From contig OZ244048.1 of NCBI GenBank assembly GCA_965215265.1, positions 3,296,001 to 3,360,000 of the forward strand: 64,000 nt of DNA, given 5' to 3'. Shown here piece after piece: positions 46,402 to 54,652 of the stretch. This DNA is from Candidatus Poribacteria bacterium (GTDB taxonomy: Bacteria; Poribacteria; WGA-4E; WGA-3G). A model generated the notes under the pieces. That model made no database searches and was not told where the DNA came from. It saw nothing but the letters and a program-made list of their open reading frames with translations. Each line of letters opens with the position of its first letter. Positions within the stretch are counted from its first letter, which is position 1. The position numbers and the translations under genes are program-made.

Positions 46402-46965
46402 TTAATAAGGCCGTCCTCTTGAGTTCAGAGCAGGCGGGACATCGTTTTTCACCGGTTTAATGGTCCGGAGATATGCCCAGATTGCCTTCAGATCAGCATC
46501 GGACATTTCGGCATAGTGTTTTGTCGGCATCGGTGGAAAGATTTTCCGATTTCCTTCTACGCCTTGATGGAGTCCCGTGCGCAAAGTTTTGATGAACATC
46601 TCCTCTGTCCATTCGCCGAGTCCGGTTTCATTATCGGGTGTCAGATTTGAGGCGAAGCTTGTTCCGAATGGACCGGAAAAAGCACTCATCGTCGGTGCTG
46701 TGAGTAAAAAGATGCCTTGTTGCATCATGCTGAAATTGTAGCGCGGATAGGGCGCGTTAGCCGGATGCCCGGCGAGGTACATTTCCATATTAAATTCCGC
46801 ACCTGCCCTTGGGGTATGGCACTGCCCACAAGCACCGACGGTATCCACGAGGTACTTCCCCCGCTGGACCCTATCGCTTTGACTCTGAGCACGGTTCATA
46901 CTGAGCACAATAAGCGTCCCAATAAAAAATAACGTTAGGCCAAAGATTACTAATTTTCGACTCAT
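46402..46965 (-). CDS. Exported monoheme cytochrome c
   Basis: Signal peptide, RGKYL...CGQCHTP, NLTPD, PPMP. Confidence 0.9.
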   Translation of the reverse strand: MSRKLVIFGLTLFFIGTLIVLSMNRAQSQSDRVQRGKYLVDTVGACGQCHTPRAGAEFNMEMYLAGHPANAPYPRYNFSMMQQGIFLLTAPTMSAFSGPFGTSFASNLTPDNETGLGEWTEEMFIKTLRTGLHQGVEGNRKIFPPMPTKHYAEMSDADLKAIWAYLRTIKPVKNDVPPALNSRGRPY

Positions 46966-47191
46966 CTTTTTTCCTATAAGACTTAAATTTTTCTCATGTT
47001 AGCAGATAGAGGAAATAGATGCAATAATTTTTTTCAATATCCAGTTTGTCTGAATTACGGATGGGCAGGATTTATTGAAGTTACATCACTCGGCTCCCGT
47101 GTGAGTCGTCTCAGGCTCCCCGTCTCAAACGTATAGCGATATAGGTTATCAAAACATCAGATGGTAACGTGCTGAAATATACGAAAAAAAA

Positions 47192-47887
47192 TTAGACCGC
47201 CACCATTGCCCATACTACACGAAAGCCGAACTCTGCCAGCCAGACAAACACCACTAAAAACTCCGCTCTTCTCCTGTTTAGATTAGCAACAACTGCGACA
47301 CCCAGTGAAAGCACAACAAGATACCAAATGAAAAAGGGTTGGATCTGGCTGAGAAACGTAAAAAGAGGAATTCCGAGTGTTTCGTCTCCAAACAGAAGGT
47401 GGAGGCCCGGAATCACTTGAAGGTCTGTATAATCTTGGACATCGTCAATTTGCTTGAAACCTAATAATAGTGCTGCGTTGATGAGCTCTGAAAAGACTAA
47501 AATTAATTCCGAATACGCCACAACTGCGAACATCGGCTTAAATTTTAACGCCTCTGGGCTCCCCAAGAATCGGGCACCGAAATAGAAAACGCTAGCAAAA
47601 ATCAGCCACTTGAGGAGTAATGGAACCGGTGTAAAGAGAAGTCCTACAAAACTCAAGCCCTCTACCATTCCTCGACTTTGTTCGATTTGCACGTCATCCA
47701 TCCCGGATTCGAGGAGTTTGTTATGTGAAATCTGTTGGGAGAACGGCAAAATTGCCCATCCAACTCCGATTAAGACAACACCAATGATCAACCAGACTGT
47801 AAACCAGTTAGGCTGCAAGATTAATTCTGTAAACGCTGCGCGCGGTTCGCTAATAATATCTGTGATAATCCGTAATGTCCGCTTCAT
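47192..47887 (-). CDS. Yip1-domain membrane protein
   Basis: IISEPRAAF start, five to six TM helices, PFFIW; AAGGAGG RBS. Confidence 0.75.
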   Translation of the reverse strand: MKRTLRIITDIISEPRAAFTELILQPNWFTVWLIIGVVLIGVGWAILPFSQQISHNKLLESGMDDVQIEQSRGMVEGLSFVGLLFTPVPLLLKWLIFASVFYFGARFLGSPEALKFKPMFAVVAYSELILVFSELINAALLLGFKQIDDVQDYTDLQVIPGLHLLFGDETLGIPLFTFLSQIQPFFIWYLVVLSLGVAVVANLNRRRAEFLVVFVWLAEFGFRVVWAMVAV

Positions 47888-48308
47888 AAAATCCTCCTTG
47901 GCCCTTTAGAGTCGGCACCGGTGGGGTGCTTAGGGCGCATTAATGAAATGAGTGGTTCTTCGTATATCTCCGTACCATCAACGCTGGCACTGCCGACTCT
48001 TCCCTGCTTGCAGGGCTAAAGTCGGCTAAAGCCACTATGCTTTTGATGGCTCGTGTGTAAACCTCGTCTTTTGGAAAGAGTGATGCCAAATCCGATTGTG
48101 ACTGTGTATACAGAAAGATACAAATAGATGTGGAATTGATACACAATATATTGAAGGCCTAAAACGCCAGTAAAAATAATCAGACTGAGGGCAAACGTCG
48201 CAATATCGTCTATATATATACGGCAGACTGGAAAAAGTTTAGTTTTTTTTTCAATTTTTCGTCTACAGGAGCCCAGTAAAGGCTGCTGCTATGCTAAAAC
48301 CTTTACAA

Positions 48309-48365
48309 ATCTCGTCTGAGCCCTTCGATGTAATGAATCATAGCATCGAAGGGCTCAGACGAGAT
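48309..48365. repeat. Perfect 22-bp inverted repeat
   Basis: ATCTCGTCTGAGCCCTTCGATG (48309-48330) and CATCGAAGGGCTCAGACGAGAT (48344-48365), 13-nt loop. Confidence 0.9.
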
Positions 48366-48471
48366 GTAGACAGTGATTCACAATGCGTCAGGCGTTGTAG
48401 GGCTCCAATATACAAAAAATACGAAAAACGGAAATATACGAAAACACAACGCAGACCCATAGGAGGTTACC

Positions 48472-49199
48472 ATGCACTTCGGATACGCACGCGTCAGTAC
48501 CCCTGACCAGAGTTTAGCACTTCAGATGGATGCCTTAAAACAGGCAGCATGTGATAAAGTCTTCTCTGAAGTCGCCAGTGGCGCGAAAACCGAACGACCC
48601 GTTTTCGAAGCACTTCTAAAACACCTGCGGCAAGGCGATGTGTTAGTCGGCTGGAAACTCGATCGGTTAGGAAGAAGTCTGAAACACATTGTCACGCTCA
48701 CCAATGAACTGATGGAACAGCAAATCGGGCTTGTTAGCCTCAGGGACCCGATTGATATCACGACACCCCAGGGAAGACTCATCTGTCACATCTTCGCGGC
48801 TTTGGCGGAGTTTGAACGCGACCTGATTCGTGAACGCACACAAGCTGGGCTTTTAGCGGCTCGTGCCCGTGGACGGAAAGGCGGGTGCCCCAAAGGGCTG
48901 TCACAAGCAGCGGCTGCCACGGCGATGGCGGCAGAAACGCTTTACCGAGAGGGACAGTGGCAGGATACCTGCCACCCATTGGAGTAAGAATACCTTATCC
49001 TGCCAATCTATAGACGTGAACTACCTTTTACCTGCCATCCATTGGGCTGAGTGTCAAGGACATCTGTGAGCAGCTTCATATCAGCAAACTGACGCTCTAT
49101 GCTTACCTGAAACATCGTGGGGTTCAGACAGGTTCGCATCCGCGTCAGAAGGCGAAACAAAAGCGGTGTGGTGACTCCCACCCACCCAATTCCTTTTGA
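48472..49199 (+). pseudogene. Serine resolvase/invertase interrupted by an 89-bp insertion
   Basis: GYARVST, KLDRLGRS, AEFERDLIRERT; the HTH LSVKDICEQLHISKLTLYAYL resumes out of frame at 49047. Confidence 0.85.
48958..49046. mobile_element. 89-bp insertion (IS-end/MITE-like scar)
   Basis: Removing it restores LYREGQ-LSVKDICEQL; it contains two TACCTGCCAYCCATTGG copies. Confidence 0.65.
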
Positions 49200-49344
49200 C
49201 TCCCACCCGCCCAAATCCTCGGTCCTAAAGTAAAAAGGTAAACAATCGGAGATCAGCAGGGAAAAGGCAGTCTATAGATCTGAATCATAGGCGGACGACT
49301 CGGTGCGTATGACACCATTGGCGAGGCGGAGAAACCCGCCTGAA

Positions 49345-50031
49345 CTAAATACTATTTAAAATCGTATAGATTCCAGCAACCTCAGTAGGCGAAGTCATAA
49401 ACCACTCTTTACCATTGCCAGATGTATCAACCCTTCTGCCCTTCATCTCCAGTATACCGTGGATCATTTTCTCCAATTCACGAGGCGTGTTCGTTTGGAT
49501 AATCAAACCAATCTCTGGAGACTCGTAAATACCTGTTGTTGATTGTGATTTTACACGACTATTCACATTCACACGGCTTTCAGTCATTCCGACCTTGCAT
49601 TCAAAAATTTGTTTAGATCTTGCACGTTTTTTATCACGCGGATAGTAATAGAGATATACTGCTCCATTACCAGCTCCAATCGTTATTGCTTCTATAGTAG
49701 ACTGACTTTGATCAGGTTTGGCGTGCGGAATTTGCGTTATCTGTGTTGATTCATTGACTTCCGTTTTAGAATACTCAGGGGTATGAGCAATTCGCCAATG
49801 TGCATAATAGGCGTTCTCCGCGAGACCGAGTTTTTTCATTTTTCTGAGTGCCGCCTTTATACATTGCGATGCTTCGCTTTTAGGATTTAAACCTCCACGA
49901 GAAAGATGCTTTTGTACAATGCTATCAGCAATCTGTTTACGCTGAACAACCTGACCTGAAAATAATTCTAAAATCAACTCTTTCGATATACCTGGAGTAA
50001 GTGTCGCTCCAGCATATTTGTAGTTATTCAT
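49345..50031 (-). CDS. GIY-YIG-like (T5orf172/MUG113) nuclease-domain protein
   Basis: VYLYY...KVGMT...RV...LEKMIH...EWF; AAAGGAG RBS before ATG 50031. Confidence 0.78.
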   Translation of the reverse strand: MNNYKYAGATLTPGISKELILELFSGQVVQRKQIADSIVQKHLSRGGLNPKSEASQCIKAALRKMKKLGLAENAYYAHWRIAHTPEYSKTEVNESTQITQIPHAKPDQSQSTIEAITIGAGNGAVYLYYYPRDKKRARSKQIFECKVGMTESRVNVNSRVKSQSTTGIYESPEIGLIIQTNTPRELEKMIHGILEMKGRRVDTSGNGKEWFMTSPTEVAGIYTILNSI

Positions 50032-50104
50032 CAGTATATTTCTCCTTTTATCAAAAAATTTGGGGGGGGTAAATGGAAACACAGGAACAATACCTTTCTA
50101 TCTA

Positions 50105-50133
50105 ATTATACCATCCATACCTAATTTTGCCAA
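50105..50133 (-). promoter_or_regulatory. Putative sigma70 promoter
   Basis: TTGGCA-17 nt-TATAAT with extended -10 TG. Confidence 0.6.
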
Positions 50134-50162
50134 GACAATTTGAAAGAAATTCCACATCTGTC

Positions 50163-50714
50163 TTATAATATTACTAAATCCAATCCTGGATTGGATAAAA
50201 ATTCAACTGTAAAACCAAAATATGGCAGCAACGGAAGTTGGCTACCCTCCGCGATTTCTTGTGCTTCAAAGTAGACTTCAGCGAGATTGAAGAGATCCTT
50301 CTTGACGCTACTTGAGGCATAGTAAAAGGCGTGATCAAAGTAGTTCATGGCGTTCGTACTGTCAAAGGTTGCGAGGCTCATTTTCATCATTTCAAAGAAC
50401 ACATCTTTTATAGGATAGTTCTGAGAGCCAGCCATGACACAGTGTTCAAGGATATGCTGGACCCCTCTATCGTCAGGTGTGGGGGTTATTGGACTGATCG
50501 AAAACCAGTTTTGGGCATCGTCTGTATAGAGGTGCAGCAGGCGTGCTCCACTGTGTTGATGTGTGAGTTCTATTGCCACGGCTCGCAATTCGTCAATGGG
50601 TGTTACGGCTTTCACTTCAAAACCGTAAAGGTGTTGTCCTAGGTGAAGGTGAATAGGTGGGTGCTGTGTGTCTTGTGGGAATGCATTATGTTTGTGTTCC
50701 TGTTTTGAGTGCAT
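50163..50714 (-). pseudogene. Truncated M16C (PreP/insulinase-like) peptidase, N-terminal fragment
   Basis: HSGARLLH, GVQHILEHCVMAGS (HxxEH), DLFNLAEVY; similarity ends near 50265, whereas family members are roughly 1000 aa. Confidence 0.78.
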
Positions 50715-50869
50715 TTATATCTCCGTTTGAGGGTTTTTCCTAAAATAATGATACGACTCTGGGCTCTTTAACCCTTCGTGTATCACACCTACTTATTTCA
50801 TAGTTCATTAAAGTATAACAGATGTTGAAAAACCTGTAAATAAAATACATCTGACCAGTGGGTGGCAGG

Positions 50870-51342
50870 TATCAAGGCGAAGTCTACCGAGGCAAGATTG
50901 CGAGCAAACGGCGGTATTTCTATGGGCTCAAAGTCCATCTGATGGTGTCTGAATCAGGTGCCATCGTTGAAGCCTTCTTCACCCCGGGGAGCAGGAACGC
51001 TGTGCTTGGCATGCGGTGTTATCGGTTTTATCTGCCTGCGGGTTCCGTGATGGACACCGATAAAGCGTATTGCAACTATGCCATTGAAGATGCCTTGCGG
51101 GATATAGAGATTATGTTCAAACCCGGACGGAAGAAGAATGCTAAACGGCAGTATCCGCCGCCTGAAGTCTATCTACACCAGTCTTACAGAAAACGCGTTG
51201 AAGTGACAAAGAGGCTTGTTGAAAAACTCTTACCGAAGTCTATCCACGCGGTGACGGCTCACGGATTTGAGTTGAAACTTCGTTTATTTCTCATCGCCAC
51301 AAATATAAAAATGCGATTTGAAGATTTGTGGCAACTTAGGTT
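50870..51342 (+). mobile_element. IS982-family transposase remnant (5'-truncated) with right end
   Basis: YRGKIASKRRYFYGLKVHL, DKAY, RKRVE, SIHAVTAHGFELK; terminal TGGCAACTTAGGTT resembles an IS982 inverted repeat. Confidence 0.8.
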
Positions 51343-51449
51343 AAAAAAATGTAAACACTACCTAGGAAAAAGCGAAAAAGGTTGGCAATGTAACTCGGAA
51401 ATTAGATATAATTGAGAGGGCATCAAAACACCTAATTGAGGAAGCGAAG

Positions 51450-52955
51450 ATGTTAACAATATTAATCCGTCGTGAACTGCTAGACTATCTAATGACGTTC
51501 CGCTTCGCTGCAGCGGTTTTCATTATGCTGTTGCTTGTGGTGACAAATACCGCTGTGCTGATTACGGACTATGAGGAACGTTTAGCAGGATACAACGATG
51601 CTGTTAAAATGCATCAACGCCAACTCCAAGAGACAAAAACCTATTCGGCAGGTGAGGTGTACGTTGACCGGCCGCCGAACCCGTTAAGCATTTTCAATGT
51701 CGGATTCGACAAGCGCCTCGGAAACGAGATAAGGGTATCGTACAGATATGTGCCATCTTTGTGGGATTCCAATATACATGAGTCGGATAATCCGTTTATG
51801 GATATGTTCGCCTCAATGGATATTGTCTTTATCTTTAAGGTAATCCTTAGTTTATTGGCCCTCATTTTCGCCTACGATGCCCTTGTAGGGGAGTCCGAGC
51901 GCGGGACGTTACGTTTAGTCTTAACGCATCCGGTGAGTCGCGGGCATCTCTTGCTTGCCAAATACATTAGCGCCATGGTCTGTTTACTCGTGCCGTTGTT
52001 AATGAGTTTGCTTCTTGCAGTCATCTTACTGATGACTTCTACCTCTATCTCTCTGAGTACCGGTGATTTTCTACGCATCTGTGGTATTATCTTTACATCC
52101 GTTGCCTATCTATCCGTATTCTACCTCATCGGTTTGTTGATTTCGGCATCGACACGCAGAATGAGGACTGCGCTAATGTTGTCCATGTTCGTTTGGGGGT
52201 TTTTGGTGCTTATCTATCCAAATATGATTCTTGCTGTGCTCCCACATTCGGATTCTCCGCAGGAACGTAGGACATCCACCTTCAACCAAATTGAACAGAT
52301 TTGGGAAGGATTCGATAGAGAGCGGAAACATTTCCTTGCTACTGATGCTTTCCCAGGTGAGGATTGGGGTTTTGAGTTAAGAGGTTCGGGAACCCGCGGT
52401 GCTTACTTTTGGGATAACCCTTCGACGCTACGGTACACCTATAGAAGTGTTCTGGAGTTTGAAGAACTTGGTCAGGAAGATGAACATAAGATACCTCACG
52501 CGCAGCATCATTTCCGTTTCTTGGGATCCCAGATTATTGGTACAGCAAACCAAACGTGGCTCCTCCGAAAGCCTGCCTTGGAAGACATCTACATTCAACC
52601 TGCAAATATGGAGAGAACCTGGTTGAAACTCTCGCCGGTCGAGCTCTATGATGCTACAACACAAATGTGGGCAGGTACGGACTTGCTTGGTATTAGAGAT
52701 TTTTTCGATGCTGTAAGACTTTACAGACAGCAGGTGATTGGCTATCTCTATAATAAAGATGCATTCGGATCTCGAGCGTGGTTTTCTGCAGATAAGGGGG
52801 CGGCGGATTGGAGTATGCTCCCACAACTTTCTTTCTCGAGAAGTGACGTGGCGGTAAACATGAAGCGAGCTCTCCCGAATCTCTGTCTACTCCTGTTAAC
52901 TAACCTAATTCTGTTCATGCTGATATTTCTGATTTTCATCAAAAGTGATGTGTAG
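51450..52955 (+). CDS. ABC-2-like permease with large extracytoplasmic loops
   Basis: RRELL, LSLLALIFAYD...ESERGTLRL, SRGHLLLAK. Confidence 0.85.
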   Translation: MLTILIRRELLDYLMTFRFAAAVFIMLLLVVTNTAVLITDYEERLAGYNDAVKMHQRQLQETKTYSAGEVYVDRPPNPLSIFNVGFDKRLGNEIRVSYRYVPSLWDSNIHESDNPFMDMFASMDIVFIFKVILSLLALIFAYDALVGESERGTLRLVLTHPVSRGHLLLAKYISAMVCLLVPLLMSLLLAVILLMTSTSISLSTGDFLRICGIIFTSVAYLSVFYLIGLLISASTRRMRTALMLSMFVWGFLVLIYPNMILAVLPHSDSPQERRTSTFNQIEQIWEGFDRERKHFLATDAFPGEDWGFELRGSGTRGAYFWDNPSTLRYTYRSVLEFEELGQEDEHKIPHAQHHFRFLGSQIIGTANQTWLLRKPALEDIYIQPANMERTWLKLSPVELYDATTQMWAGTDLLGIRDFFDAVRLYRQQVIGYLYNKDAFGSRAWFSADKGAADWSMLPQLSFSRSDVAVNMKRALPNLCLLLLTNLILFMLIFLIFIKSDV

Positions 52956-53119
52956 AAGAGTCGTCTGCCATTAATTGTCGGTTGTCAGTTGAAGAGTCGG
53001 AACCTGCTAGTTGATAAATGTGTTCCATGAATGCAAGCGCAACCGACGTGGACTGAATCTACGTCAGAAATTGTTCTTTCCACAGATGTGGAAAAAGAAC
53101 CTCAAGGAACTATAAAATA

Positions 53120-54532
53120 ATGACATGGCATCTTGCAAAACGTGAACTCTACGATAATCTGAATAGTCTGCGATTTGCACTTGCAACGGTCTTGCTACTT
53201 GCGTTGATGGTCACCAATGCGCTCGTGCATCTCCGAGAACACCCGGAACGGATCCAGAATTATCGCAATTCGGTTACCGAGCAGCTGAATCGCCTGAAGT
53301 CTCACGCCGGGGACAGTCTATATGAACTCGCTCAAAAAGGCCCTGGAGAGCTGCCCAAAAAGCCTGCGCCTCTTCGTTTCTGTGCAGAAGGCGGCGAGGC
53401 GTTTTTGTCAGATTACGTAGACGGGGGCTACCACCGGTGGGGTACCGATACGCTAGAAAGCTTCTGGATATTGATATATCCATCGGTCAAACCAAATTTA
53501 AACAATGTCCGTCCAGCCGTTACTAAACTGGATTGGGGGTTCATCATCGGTTATGTTTTGAGTTTCATTGCGCTTATCTTTACCTTCGATTCTATTTCTG
53601 GTGAACGCGAGCAAGGCACCCTGCGTTTGATGTTGGCGAATTCGATTCCGCGCCACACTGTTCTGATTGGCAAGTTTTTGGGAGCATTTATAAGCCTTAG
53701 CATCCCGTTCACGTTAGCCGTATTGATGAACCTTTTGGTGATTTCCACCTCAAGCGATGTACATCTGGATACCGATGCCTATAGTCGTCTAGGGATTATC
53801 TGCGGAATAGCGTTTCTCTACATCTGTCTCTTTCTGGCGTTGGGGTTGTTTGTCTCTGTGCTTGTGCAACGAAGTGCTGTGAGCCTGGTAATTCTGTTGT
53901 TGGCGTGGGTTGTCTTTGTGGTGTTTATGCCGAATACTCTCGCCTCCATTGCGGGCGAAACCTCATCGCCCGGGGGCACTCACGGATTTTTTGAACGTTC
54001 TTGGGAACTCCATGCGGAACTTACGCGTGAATACGACACGCATCTTTACAATTCAAACAAGAATCGGATCCAAAAGTTGCAGGCAGCAGCTGAGTATGTC
54101 ACCAAAGATGCTGAACAGCAGGAAAGCTTGCATGAAGAACGCTTAAAACGGCGGCTTTCCCAAGTGAATCGAGCACGGACTATAACCCGTCTTTCGCCTG
54201 TCACGATTTTTCAGCATCTGCTTGAGTCGTTTGCGGGAACGGGCTTCGAGCGGCATCTGCAGTTCTTAGAAAATGTTAGATCTTACGCTAGGCAATTCCG
54301 GGAATTCATGATTGACGCGGACAGAGCCGATCCAGAGAGTCTCCATATCTTTGGTGTCCGTGAGGGTATGTCGCACAAGCCGATTAGCTTAGGGGCAGTC
54401 CCAAAATTTGAAGATACACTGAGTCTTAGCAAGGATTTCAATGCGGCGGCAGTGGATCTGTTTCTGTTATCGCTGTTCGTCATAGTCCTTCTATCTGGGG
54501 CGTATCTTGCATTTGTGCGAGTTGAGATTTGA
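53120..54532 (+). CDS. ABC-2-like permease paralogue
   Basis: KRELYD, FDSISGEREQGTLRLML, RLSP. Confidence 0.85.
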   Translation: MTWHLAKRELYDNLNSLRFALATVLLLALMVTNALVHLREHPERIQNYRNSVTEQLNRLKSHAGDSLYELAQKGPGELPKKPAPLRFCAEGGEAFLSDYVDGGYHRWGTDTLESFWILIYPSVKPNLNNVRPAVTKLDWGFIIGYVLSFIALIFTFDSISGEREQGTLRLMLANSIPRHTVLIGKFLGAFISLSIPFTLAVLMNLLVISTSSDVHLDTDAYSRLGIICGIAFLYICLFLALGLFVSVLVQRSAVSLVILLLAWVVFVVFMPNTLASIAGETSSPGGTHGFFERSWELHAELTREYDTHLYNSNKNRIQKLQAAAEYVTKDAEQQESLHEERLKRRLSQVNRARTITRLSPVTIFQHLLESFAGTGFERHLQFLENVRSYARQFREFMIDADRADPESLHIFGVREGMSHKPISLGAVPKFEDTLSLSKDFNAAAVDLFLLSLFVIVLLSGAYLAFVRVEI

Positions 54533-54568
54533 AGTCGCTAGGGCTGGAGCCAATTCCCAAATCTTAAA

Positions 54569-54619
54569 AAGGCGGTATTGGTGGTGCTTCTAAGTAGAAG
54601 CTGCAACCAATACCGCCTT
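54569..54619. terminator. Long hairpin between convergent genes (bidirectional terminator candidate)
   Basis: AAGGCGGTATTGGT/ACCAATACCGCCTT outer stem plus GCTTCTA/TAGAAGC inner stem. Confidence 0.75.
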
Positions 54620-54652
54620 AGCAAAGTCAACTTTGGGTTTATAGACTAATTT

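Noticed and set aside
47905-48000. tracrRNA-like or riboswitch-like structure (GCACC...GGTGC hairpin, AGAGTCGGCA inverted repeat)
   Set aside because: No cas genes or array are present, no riboswitch consensus was recognised, and the stems are short enough to be chance or UTR structure.
48016-48255. Hydrophobic minus-strand reading frame next to a T9 tract (possible phase-variable gene or remnant)
   Set aside because: There is no in-frame upstream start or recognisable family, and AT-rich DNA readily gives hydrophobic translations.
48291-48506. 71-aa ORF upstream of the resolvase
   Set aside because: It runs through the inverted repeat and res-like region and has no recognisable protein features.
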